Shown one piece after another: positions 17,626-24,757 of a stretch of 24,757 nucleotides of DNA. The DNA is taken from the IMG/VR virus record IMGVR_UViG_2648501797_000006, positions 1 to 24,757 of that record. One strand, given 5' to 3'. The position numbers were made by a program, and so were the translations under genes. Under the pieces are notes generated by a model that did not search any database, was not told the origin of the DNA, and was given only the letters and a program-made list of their open reading frames with translations. The DNA comes from a virus (taxonomy: Duplodnaviria > Heunggongvirae > Uroviricota > Caudoviricetes). How positions within the stretch are numbered: the first letter of the stretch is position 1; every line of letters starts with the position of its first letter.

Positions 17626-18252
17626 ATGGAAACGGTTGGTCAGCGTATAAAAGCTCTGAGAAGAGTTACCGGAACGTCCCAGAAAGAATTGGGTAAATTT
17701 TGTGGAGTAAGCGACGTTGCTGTGGGGTACTGGGAGAAAGACATCAATACCCCTGGTGGGGAGGCACTTTCGAAATTAGCGAAGTTCTTCAATACGTCAA
17801 TAGATTACATTCTTTATGGTGCTGAGTTTGAAGGCAAACTCGTCACAAACATGCGCAGAGTTCCTGTAATATCGTGGGTTCAGGCTGGGCAGTTTACTGA
17901 GTGCAGGGCAGCAGAAGTGTTTAGTGAAGTGGACAAGTGGGTAGATACATCATTAAAGATTGGTGATAACTCATTTGCATTAGAGGTTAAAGGTGACTCC
18001 ATGACTAACCCTAATGGCCTCCCAACAATACCAGAAGGCGCAACAGTGATTGTAGATCCAGATGCAGAACCTCGTCATGGAAAAATAGTCATCGCTCGAC
18101 TTGATGGAACAAACGAAGCTACAGTAAAAAAATTAGTCATCGATGGCCCTCAAAAGTTTTTAGTGCCATTAAATCCTCGGTATCCCAACATCCCTATCAA
18201 TGGTAATTGCCTTATCATTGGTGTAGTCAAAGGAGTTCAATACGAACTCTAA
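17626..18252 (+). CDS. cI-like prophage repressor (HTH-XRE plus S24 LexA-like peptidase domain)
   Basis: N-terminal HTH (QKELGKFCGVSDVAVGYWE) and C-terminal autocleavage domain with GDSM serine and a downstream lysine (VKKLVIDG). Confidence 0.85.
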   Translation: METVGQRIKALRRVTGTSQKELGKFCGVSDVAVGYWEKDINTPGGEALSKLAKFFNTSIDYILYGAEFEGKLVTNMRRVPVISWVQAGQFTECRAAEVFSEVDKWVDTSLKIGDNSFALEVKGDSMTNPNGLPTIPEGATVIVDPDAEPRHGKIVIARLDGTNEATVKKLVIDGPQKFLVPLNPRYPNIPINGNCLIIGVVKGVQYEL

Positions 18253-18420
18253 GACCTCTCTTCTCTAACTAAGGCACCGAACTAAGAAAAGTTTGGTGTT
18301 TTCTCTTGCCATAATAACTAAGTTAAGTTAGATTTTATATCAAAGATAACGAACAGGCAGGACGCCCACGAAGTAGCCGCCTGGGGCATATGAAGTCCAG
18401 GATGATTCGTTGAGTCATGT
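18253..18420. promoter_or_regulatory. Candidate second operator cluster (OL-like) downstream of cI
   Basis: Three more AACTAAG copies at 18267..18273, 18280..18286 and 18316..18322 (the last followed by ttaagttag). Confidence 0.35.
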
Positions 18421-18458
18421 TGTGCCACCAGGCACTCATGTTAAAGCAGGTGTATGAA

Positions 18459-18734
18459 ATGAAAGTCCAGATTTTAAACAATAACTGTGAAGTCGTTTGG
18501 TCATACGACATAGCCGCCCCTGTAGATCAGAGCGGCGATAGCTGGACCAATGGGAAACATCAGATTATGGCTGGAGTTGTGTTCTCTTTACGCCGTGCTT
18601 TGGAACAGGCTGAAGTATTTCCATCAGACCCTGAATGGAAATGGCCTTTTTCTATTTGTCCAAATTCGGAGAGCACATTTCAGAAAATTGGTCAGAAAGT
18701 CGCACTCGAAGAGCATCAGCCAACTGTTTCCTGA
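18459..18734 (+). CDS. Hypothetical small protein downstream of cI (rex/sieB-equivalent position)
   Basis: ATG at 18459 (MKVQILNNNCEVVW...) with a weak AGG upstream; its 3' end overlaps a convergent ORF and reads less protein-like there. Confidence 0.3.
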   Translation: MKVQILNNNCEVVWSYDIAAPVDQSGDSWTNGKHQIMAGVVFSLRRALEQAEVFPSDPEWKWPFSICPNSESTFQKIGQKVALEEHQPTVS

Positions 18735-18897
18735 TTTTTTCAGGTAACTCGTCGGCATCGCAGAAACAACAACGCTCGATCATGTTGAAAGCCGATTCGT
18801 AGAACTGTTTCTGCTGAGTGTCGCTGAGACAGGAAAAGAGCGACGTTACGATGATTTTATTAATTGCATTATCAAGTTCTTTTTCATCAAAAGTCAT
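18652..18897 (-). CDS. Hypothetical small protein (81 aa), convergent with and overlapping the previous ORF
   Basis: AAGGAAAA 7 nt before ATG (complement 18895..18897); MTFDEKELDNAINKII...; no family recognised. Confidence 0.4.
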   Translation of the reverse strand: MTFDEKELDNAINKIIVTSLFSCLSDTQQKQFYESAFNMIERCCFCDADELPEKIRKQLADALRVRLSDQFSEMCSPNLDK

Positions 18898-19129
18898 TTG
18901 ATTTTCCTTTTATGTATACGGGCTTAAAAGGATACCACCGAGCCTGAAGTGGTGAAAAGACAGGCACATAACAGCTAAGTATTTTCAACCAGAGAGAATC
19001 CTTAGCGTTGTGGTGAATGCGGCTCAGCGCACGCGGGTTAAGGTTGAGGCTGACAGTCGACCTTCTGTAGATACCCACCCGCCTGGTGTGCAACCTTCGC
19101 CAGGCACCGGGAGGCACCCGGCACCACAA

Positions 19130-19197
19130 CTTTATGCTGTGTGTAGTCCTGGCGGTACCAGTTTGTACCCTTGCTTCCGGCTGGTACCGCTCTTTTT
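19130..19197 (+). ncRNA. Candidate DicF-like small RNA with an intrinsic terminator
   Basis: In a ~440-bp gap with no convincing ORF: perfect 10-bp stem gcggtaccag (19152..19161) / ctggtaccgc (19181..19190), 19-nt loop, then tcttttt. The segment ggcggtaccagtttgtaccc resembles the DicF core as recalled (ggcggtatcagttttactcc). 5' boundary not determinable. Confidence 0.35.
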
Positions 19198-19334
19198 ACA
19201 AAACAGAGAAGAGCATCACCGGACGACGGGCTCATAACCCAATCCATCCGGGCGGCTGCCACCGCAGGTGTTCTTCTCTGTTTTGTGGAGAAACTAATCG
19301 GCCTTGCAGGGTCGATATGATGAGGAGCAGCAAA

Positions 19335-19697
19335 ATGGCTAGCGAACGCAGTACTGATGTGCAGGCATTTATCGGGGAGCTGGACGGCGGCGTATTTGAA
19401 ACCAAAATCGGCGCAGTTCTCAGTGAAGTCGCTTCCGGTGTGATGAACACGAAAACCAAAGGTAAGGTCTCACTCAACCTGGAAATCGAACCATTTGATG
19501 AGAACCGTGTGAAAATCAAACACAAACTCTCATATGTTCGCCCGACTAACCGCGGGAAAATTTCCGAAGAAGACACCACCGAAACGCCGATGTATGTCAA
19601 TCGCGGTGGTCGCCTGACTATTCTGCAGGAAGACCAGGGACAATTACTGACTCTTGCCGGTGAACCTGACGGAAAACTCCGCGCAGCAGGTCATTAA
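19335..19697 (+). CDS. yfdP: YfdP-like protein (120 aa)
   Basis: GAGGAG 7 nt before ATG 19335; the track's upstream extension is GC-rich structured sequence. Assigned by length and position ahead of yfdQ/yfdR-like genes. Confidence 0.5.
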   Translation: MASERSTDVQAFIGELDGGVFETKIGAVLSEVASGVMNTKTKGKVSLNLEIEPFDENRVKIKHKLSYVRPTNRGKISEEDTTETPMYVNRGGRLTILQEDQGQLLTLAGEPDGKLRAAGH

Positions 19698-19762
19698 TAT
19701 CGTTCTTAATTAACTGATTATTTATCTCATCACTGAATATCTTTATATAGTGAGGACTTATT

Positions 19763-20587
19763 ATGTCTCAGAACTTAGACGCAACCGCAATTAATCAAAT
19801 CCATGCCCTTATTTCTGCTCAGGGTGTTAATGAAATTATCAGTAAGATTGGTGCCGATGCTGTGGCATTGCCTGAGAATTTCCGCATTCATGATCTGGAA
19901 AAATTTAATTTAAATCGCTTCCGTTTCCGTGGTGCGCTTTCCACTGCCAGCATCGATGACTTTACCCGTTATTCTAAAGATCTTGCAGATGAAGGCACCC
20001 GCTGCTTTATCGATGCTGATAATATGCGTGCCGTCAGTGTGCTTAACCTGGGTACTATTGATGAACCAGGTCACGCAGATAACACCGCCACTCTCAAACT
20101 GAAAAAGACAGCACCGTTCTCTGCTCTGTTGTCTGTTAATGGCGAGCGTAACTCCCAGAAATCACTGGCAGAATGGATTGAAGACTGGGCCGACTACCTT
20201 GTGGGCTTTGATGCTAATGGTGACACCATTCAGGCAACAAAAGCGGCTGCGGCGGTCCGTAAAATCACGATTGAAGCAAACCAGACCGCTGATTTTGAAG
20301 ATAATGACTTCAGCGGCAAACGCTCCCTGATGGAGTCTGTCGAAGCGAAGACCAAAGACATTATGCCAGTGGCATTTGAATTTAAATGCATTCCGTTTGA
20401 AGGTCTGAAAGAACGTCCGTTTAAATTACGCCTCAGCATTATCACTGGCGATCGTCCGGTACTGGTTCTGCGCATTATTCAGCTGGAGGCGGTGCAGGAA
20501 GAAATGGCTAACGAATTTCGTGATCTGCTTGTTGATAAATTCAAGGACAGCAAAGTAGAAACCTTTATTGGTACTTTCACCGCCTGA
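19763..20587 (+). CDS. yfdQ: YfdQ-like protein (DUF2303 family, 274 aa)
   Basis: 274-aa ORF with a good RBS (gtgaggactt before ATG); length and neighbourhood match the CPS-53 yfdPQRST module as recalled. Confidence 0.7.
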   Translation: MSQNLDATAINQIHALISAQGVNEIISKIGADAVALPENFRIHDLEKFNLNRFRFRGALSTASIDDFTRYSKDLADEGTRCFIDADNMRAVSVLNLGTIDEPGHADNTATLKLKKTAPFSALLSVNGERNSQKSLAEWIEDWADYLVGFDANGDTIQATKAAAAVRKITIEANQTADFEDNDFSGKRSLMESVEAKTKDIMPVAFEFKCIPFEGLKERPFKLRLSIITGDRPVLVLRIIQLEAVQEEMANEFRDLLVDKFKDSKVETFIGTFTA

Positions 20588-20598
20588 TTTCATTACTG

Positions 20599-20624
20599 CA
20601 AATGCCCCTGCGGGGGCATTTATG
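20599..20624 (+). terminator. Candidate hairpin terminator after the yfdQ-like gene
   Basis: ATGCCCC-tgcg-GGGGCAT perfect 7-bp stem (20602..20619) followed by ttat; short T-run so strength uncertain. Confidence 0.4.
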
Positions 20625-20714
20625 GAAACGTAATTTACTCAATAATCGCCGGATGGTGAGGGATTCTTTTTACCAGAATTCAGCGCGGTGCAGCGCATAT
20701 ACGTGGAGAACAAA

Positions 20715-21251
20715 ATGTCATTTATTAAAACTTTTTCCGGGAAGCATTTTTATTATGACAGGATAAATAAAGACGACATCGATATTAACGATATCGCGGT
20801 TTCCCTTTCAAATATCTGTCGCTTTGCCGGTCATCTTTCGCACTTCTACAGCGTCGCCCAACATGCGGTTCTTTGCAGCCAGCTGGTGCCGCAGGAATTT
20901 GCTTTTGAAGCGTTAATGCATGATGCAACAGAAGCGTATTGCCAGGACATTCCCGCACCACTGAAACGCCTTCTTCCTGACTATAAACAAATGGAAGAAA
21001 AAATAGACTCCGTAATCCGTGAGAAATACGGATTACCCCCAGTTATGAGTACGCCCGTGAAATATGCCGATCTCATCATGCTGGCAACCGAACGCCGCGA
21101 TCTCGGGCTTGATGATGGCTCTTTCTGGCCTGTACTGGAAGGTATCCCGGCAACAGAGATGTTCAACGTGATTCCACTGGCACCGGGCCATGCCTACGGG
21201 ATGTTTATGGAACGCTTTAACGAGTTATCGGAGTTACGCAAATGCGCATGA
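20715..21251 (+). CDS. yfdR: YfdR-like HD-domain phosphohydrolase (178 aa)
   Basis: GGAG 6 nt before ATG 20715 (MSFIKTF...); candidate metal-binding His/Asp residues (HFYSVAQHAV...MHDATEAY); length equals recalled YfdR. Confidence 0.7.
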   Translation: MSFIKTFSGKHFYYDRINKDDIDINDIAVSLSNICRFAGHLSHFYSVAQHAVLCSQLVPQEFAFEALMHDATEAYCQDIPAPLKRLLPDYKQMEEKIDSVIREKYGLPPVMSTPVKYADLIMLATERRDLGLDDGSFWPVLEGIPATEMFNVIPLAPGHAYGMFMERFNELSELRKCA

Positions 21252-21604
21252 ATGTTTTCGAAATGGAAGGGTTTCTTCGTGGGAGATGTGTACCGCGAGA
21301 TCTGAAAGTAAATGAAACAGATGCTGAATACCTGGTGCGTAAATTCGATGCGCTTGAAGCTAAATGTGCAGCACAGGAAAACAAAGTAATACCAGTGTCA
21401 ACTGAACTGCCACCAGCAAATGAAAGTGTTTTGTTATTCGATGCTAACGGAGAAGGCTGGCTAATTGGCTGGCGTTCTCTCTGGTACACCTGGGGACAAA
21501 AAGAAACCGGAGAATGGCAGTGGACATTTCAGGTCGGGGACCTTGAAAACGTCAATATCACTCACTGGGCAGTAATGCCAAAAGCACCGGAGGCTGGAGC
21601 ATAA
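21242..21604 (+). CDS. yfdS: YfdS-like protein (120 aa)
   Basis: Start overlaps the yfdR-like stop; length and order match recalled YfdS. Confidence 0.55.
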   Translation: MRMNVFEMEGFLRGRCVPRDLKVNETDAEYLVRKFDALEAKCAAQENKVIPVSTELPPANESVLLFDANGEGWLIGWRSLWYTWGQKETGEWQWTFQVGDLENVNITHWAVMPKAPEAGA

Positions 21605-21909
21605 TGACCACTTTTACCGACAAAGAACTGATTAAAGAAATTAAAGAGCGTATCAGCAGCCTTGACGTGCGAGACGATATTGAGCGCCGTGCTTATGAAA
21701 TCGCACTCCTATCTCTGGAAGTAGAACCAGATGAACGCGAAGCTTATGAATTATTCATGGAAAAGCGTTTCGGTGACTTAGTAGATCGTCGGAGAGCAAA
21801 AAACGGCGATAACGAATACATGGCATGGGATATGACTCTCGGTTGGATCGTCTGGCAGCAACGAGCTGGTATCCATTTTTCAACAATGTCACAGCAAGAG
21901 GTGAAATAA
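21604..21909 (+). CDS. yfdT: YfdT-like protein (101 aa)
   Basis: Start overlaps the upstream stop as TAATG (21602..21606); length and order match recalled YfdT. Confidence 0.55.
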   Translation: MTTFTDKELIKEIKERISSLDVRDDIERRAYEIALLSLEVEPDEREAYELFMEKRFGDLVDRRRAKNGDNEYMAWDMTLGWIVWQQRAGIHFSTMSQQEVK

Positions 21910-22259
21910 TGGAGCCATACAGCCTCACACTCGATGAGGCCTGTCATTTTCTCAAGATATCCAGACCGACTGCCATTAACTGGATACGCACAGGGCGTCT
22001 TCAGGCAACACGCAAAGATCCCACTAAGAATAAATCTCCTTACCTCACAACACGACAAGCCTGCATTGCGGCTCTTCAGTCTCCGCTGCATACTGTCCAG
22101 GTGAGCGCGGGTGATGGCATAACAGAGGAAAGAAAATGTCACTCTTCCGCAGAGGTGAAATATGGTACGCCAGTTTCACATTGCCGAACGGTAAAAGATT
22201 TAAACAGTCTCTTGGAACAAAGGACAAAAGGCAGGCGACAGAACTCCATGACAAGCTAA
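21909..22259 (+). CDS. Excisionase/AlpA-like DNA-binding protein (xis candidate)
   Basis: AAGAGGTGA before ATG 21909, which overlaps the upstream stop as TAATG. N-terminus [31 protein letters not shown] is an AlpA/Xis-type HTH. The 3' 124 nt overlap int in another frame, so the functional protein may be shorter. Confidence 0.5.
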   Translation: MEPYSLTLDEACHFLKISRPTAINWIRTGRLQATRKDPTKNKSPYLTTRQACIAALQSPLHTVQVSAGDGITEERKCHSSAEVKYGTPVSHCRTVKDLNSLLEQRTKGRRQNSMTS

Positions 22260-23299
22260 AGGCTGAAGCATGGCGGGTCAGCAAACTTGGTGAAATACCT
22301 GATATAACGTTCGAGGAAGCATGTGTCAGGTGGCTTGAAGAGAAAGCACATAAAAAATCACTGGACGATGACAAAAGCCGGATCGGATTCTGGCTTCAAC
22401 ATTTCGCAGGAATGCAACTAAGAGACATTACTGAATCAAAAATTTATTCAGCAATGCAGAAAATGACGAACCGGCGTCATGAGGAAAACTGGAGACTCAG
22501 GGCAGAAGCATGCAGAAAAAAAGGGAAACCTGTTCCAGAATACACGCCAAAACCAGCGTCCGTTGCAACGAAGGCTACGCATCTTTCATTTATAAAGGCC
22601 CTACTAAGAGCCGCAGAGCGTGAATGGAAAATGCTGGATAAGGCACCAATTATTAAAGTGCCTCAACCAAAGAATAAACGGATCCGCTGGCTGGAGCCCC
22701 ATGAAGCACAAAGGCTGATTGATGAATGTCCGGAGCCATTAAAGTCTGTTGTTGAATTTGCACTGGCAACAGGCTTAAGACGCTCGAACATCATCAACCT
22801 TGAATGGCAACAAATAGACATGCAGCGCCGGGTGGCATGGATAAACCCGGAAGAGAGTAAATCAAACCGCGCAATTGGCGTTGCGCTGAATGATACTGCA
22901 TGTCGCGTTTTGAAAAAACAAATCGGGAATCATCACCGTTGGGTATTTGTGTACAAGGAAAGCTGTACCAAACCAGACGGAACGAAAGCGCCAACAGTAA
23001 GGAAGATGCGGTATGACGCAAACACAGCCTGGAAAGCGGCGCTGAGACGGGCTGGTATTGATGATTTCAGATTTCACGACTTGAGACACACCTGGGCAAG
23101 TTGGCTGGTTCAAGCCGGAGTCCCGTTGTCAGTGTTACAGGAAATGGGAGGCTGGGAGTCTATCGAAATGGTTCGTCGATATGCTCACCTTGCACCTAAT
23201 CACCTTACCGAACACGCACGGCAAATAGACTCGATCCTGAACCCATCGGTCCCAAATTTGTCCCAATCAAAAAATAAGGAAGGTACTAATGATGTGTAA
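22136..23299 (+). CDS. int: Tyrosine recombinase (phage integrase, 387 aa)
   Basis: AGGAAAG before ATG 22136; C-terminal catalytic region with ...[42 protein letters not shown] (R, H-x-x-R, Y). Ends 15 bp from the tRNA 3' end. Confidence 0.9.
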   Translation: MSLFRRGEIWYASFTLPNGKRFKQSLGTKDKRQATELHDKLKAEAWRVSKLGEIPDITFEEACVRWLEEKAHKKSLDDDKSRIGFWLQHFAGMQLRDITESKIYSAMQKMTNRRHEENWRLRAEACRKKGKPVPEYTPKPASVATKATHLSFIKALLRAAEREWKMLDKAPIIKVPQPKNKRIRWLEPHEAQRLIDECPEPLKSVVEFALATGLRRSNIINLEWQQIDMQRRVAWINPEESKSNRAIGVALNDTACRVLKKQIGNHHRWVFVYKESCTKPDGTKAPTVRKMRYDANTAWKAALRRAGIDDFRFHDLRHTWASWLVQAGVPLSVLQEMGGWESIEMVRRYAHLAPNHLTEHARQIDSILNPSVPNLSQSKNKEGTNDV

Positions 23300-23313
23300 C
23301 TTATTGATTTAAA

Positions 23314-23389
23314 TGGTGCCGATAATAGGAGTCGAACCTACGACCTTCGCATTACGAATGCGCTGCTCTACCAACTGAGCTATATCGGC
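23314..23389 (-). tRNA. thrW: tRNA-Thr (anticodon CGU), 76 nt with encoded CCA
   Basis: Reverse complement reads GCCGATATAGCTCAGTTGGTAGAGCAGCGCATTCGTAATGCGAAGGTCGTAGGTTCGACTCCTATTATCGGCACCA: D-loop AGCTCAGTTGGTAGAGC, anticodon loop TTCGTAA, T-arm GGTTCGACTCC. Confidence 0.9.
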
Positions 23390-23503
23390 CCTGAAAGGAC
23401 ATGTTCACGAACGTGAATCACGGTGGACAAGGTTAAAACTAACCGGGCGATGCGTCAATGGCCTTGTGAATCAAATGGCTACTTTTGCATCACCCGGTTT
23501 TAT

Positions 23504-24757
23504 TTACGCACGAATGGTGTAATCACCAATGCCGATCCACTTGTAAGTGGTCAGTGCTTCCAGCCCCATTGGGCCACGCGCGTGGAGTTTTTGTGTGCTT
23601 ACCGCCACTTCCGCACCCAGACCAAACTGGCCGCCGTCGGTAAAACGCGTAGAGGCGTTAACGTAAACAGCGGACGAATCCACTTCGTTAACAAAACGCT
23701 GGGCGTTGCGCATATCGCGGGTCAGGATCGCATCGGAGTGTTGTGTGCCGTGTTCACGAATATGGGCGATGGCATCGTCAAGATCGCTGACGATTTTGAC
23801 GTTCAAATCTAATGACAGAAACTCATCGTCATACTCTTCGGCTTTAACAGCAACCACCTTCGCAGGGCCTGCCTGCAACTGCGCCAGTGCAGCTGCATCT
23901 GCGTGTAATGTCACGCCGCTTTCCGCCATTTGTTTGCTTAATGCGGGCAGGAAGCTATCGGCGATGTTTTTATTCACCAGCAACGTTTCAACCGTATTAC
24001 ATGTGCTCGGACGCTGAGTTTTCGCGTTGACGATCACTTTTAATGCTTCAGCGATCTCTACACTTTCATCAACGTAAATATGGCATACGCCTATACCACC
24101 TGTGATCACCGGGATTGTCGACTGTTCACGGCACAGTTTATGCAAACCAGCGCCACCACGCGGGATCAGCATGTCGATGTATTTATCCATACGCAGCATT
24201 TCACTGACCAGCGCACGGTCAGGATTATCAATCGCCTGCACGGCACCCGCCGGTAAGCCGCAGGATTTCAGGGCGTCCTGAATCACCGCCACCGTTGCAG
24301 CGTTAGTGCGACACGTTTCTTTGCCACCGCGCAGGATCACCGCATTACCGGTTTTCAGGCACAGCGAAGCGACATCAACCGTCACGTTCGGGCGCGCTTC
24401 ATAAATCACGCCAATAACCCCCAGCGGTACGCGACGACGCTCAAGACGCAGGCCGCTGTCCAGTACGCCGCCATCGATTACCTGCCCCACCGGATCGGCG
24501 AGGTTACACACCTGGCGCACATCGTCGGCAATGCCTTTCAGCCGTGCGGGCGTCAGTGCCAGACGGTCAAGCATCGCTTCGCTAAGGCCGTTGGCACGCG
24601 CGTCAGCAACATCCTGCGCGTTAGCGTTGAGGATGATTTCGCTTTGTGCTTCCAGTTCATCGGCTATTTTTTCCAGTACGCGATTTTTTTCGCGGCTGGA
24701 GAGTTGCGCTAATTTATACGAGGCTTGCTTCGCGGCAATGCCCATTTGTTCCAGCAT
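23504..24757 (-). CDS. proA: Gamma-glutamyl phosphate reductase ProA (417 aa, start codon at the window edge)
   Basis: [38 protein letters not shown]... is E. coli ProA as recalled; stop at 23504..23506. Confidence 0.95.

Noticed and set aside
19038-19262. 74-aa minus-strand ORF, and the N-terminal extension of the 19086..19697 + ORF
   Set aside because: Both run through the GC-rich hairpin region that reads as structured non-coding RNA; the + gene more plausibly starts at ATG 19335 after GAGGAG.
19849-19860. tggtgccgat match to the thrW 3' end as a possible second att repeat
   Set aside because: Only ~10-11 nt, inside the yfdQ-like coding sequence, with no prophage boundary features.
23423-23812. 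129-aa + strand ORF
   Set aside because: Antisense within the 3' end of proA and the proA-thrW spacer.
1-24757. CRISPR arrays or rRNA genes
   Set aside because: No regularly spaced direct repeats with unique spacers and no rRNA-like sequence seen; the only tandem repeats are the iterons in the replication gene.

Overview
This window is the thrW-proximal part of a decayed, mosaic lambdoid prophage in an Escherichia coli-type chromosome; all calls rest on reading the sequence and on recalled protein families, with no database search run. Host anchor at the right edge: proA (23504..24757, -) and tRNA-Thr(CGU) thrW (23314..23389, -), with a tyrosine integrase ending 15 bp from the tRNA 3' end. 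Leftward from there: xis-like gene, a yfdP/Q/R/S/T-like early module, a DicF-like structured RNA candidate, a cI-like S24 repressor divergent from a cro-like gene with repeated AACTAAG operator-like motifs, a CII-like gene, a replication initiator with internal iterons, a PerC-like gene, a LexA-DNA-binding-domain-only gene, frameshifted rusA, KilA-N antirepressor, an HNH-motif gene, antiterminator Q, an orphan DNA methyltransferase, lambda-like lysis genes (holin, R, Rz/Rz1) and bor, then HNH/TerS/TerL. The morphogenesis genes are missing: TerL abuts a tail-fibre C-terminal fragment and tfa. The left end carries a nonsense-mutated, N-terminally truncated Pin/Hin-type invertase and a complete IS1. 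The best candidates for undescribed accessory or defence functions are three unrecognised cargo genes: a 339-aa membrane-anchored protein between Q and the methyltransferase (10988..12007), a ClpP-fold peptidase-like gene in the decayed invertase cassette (3027..3578), and a 259-aa protein beyond IS1 at the prophage edge (296..1075). No CRISPR array or rRNA was seen.
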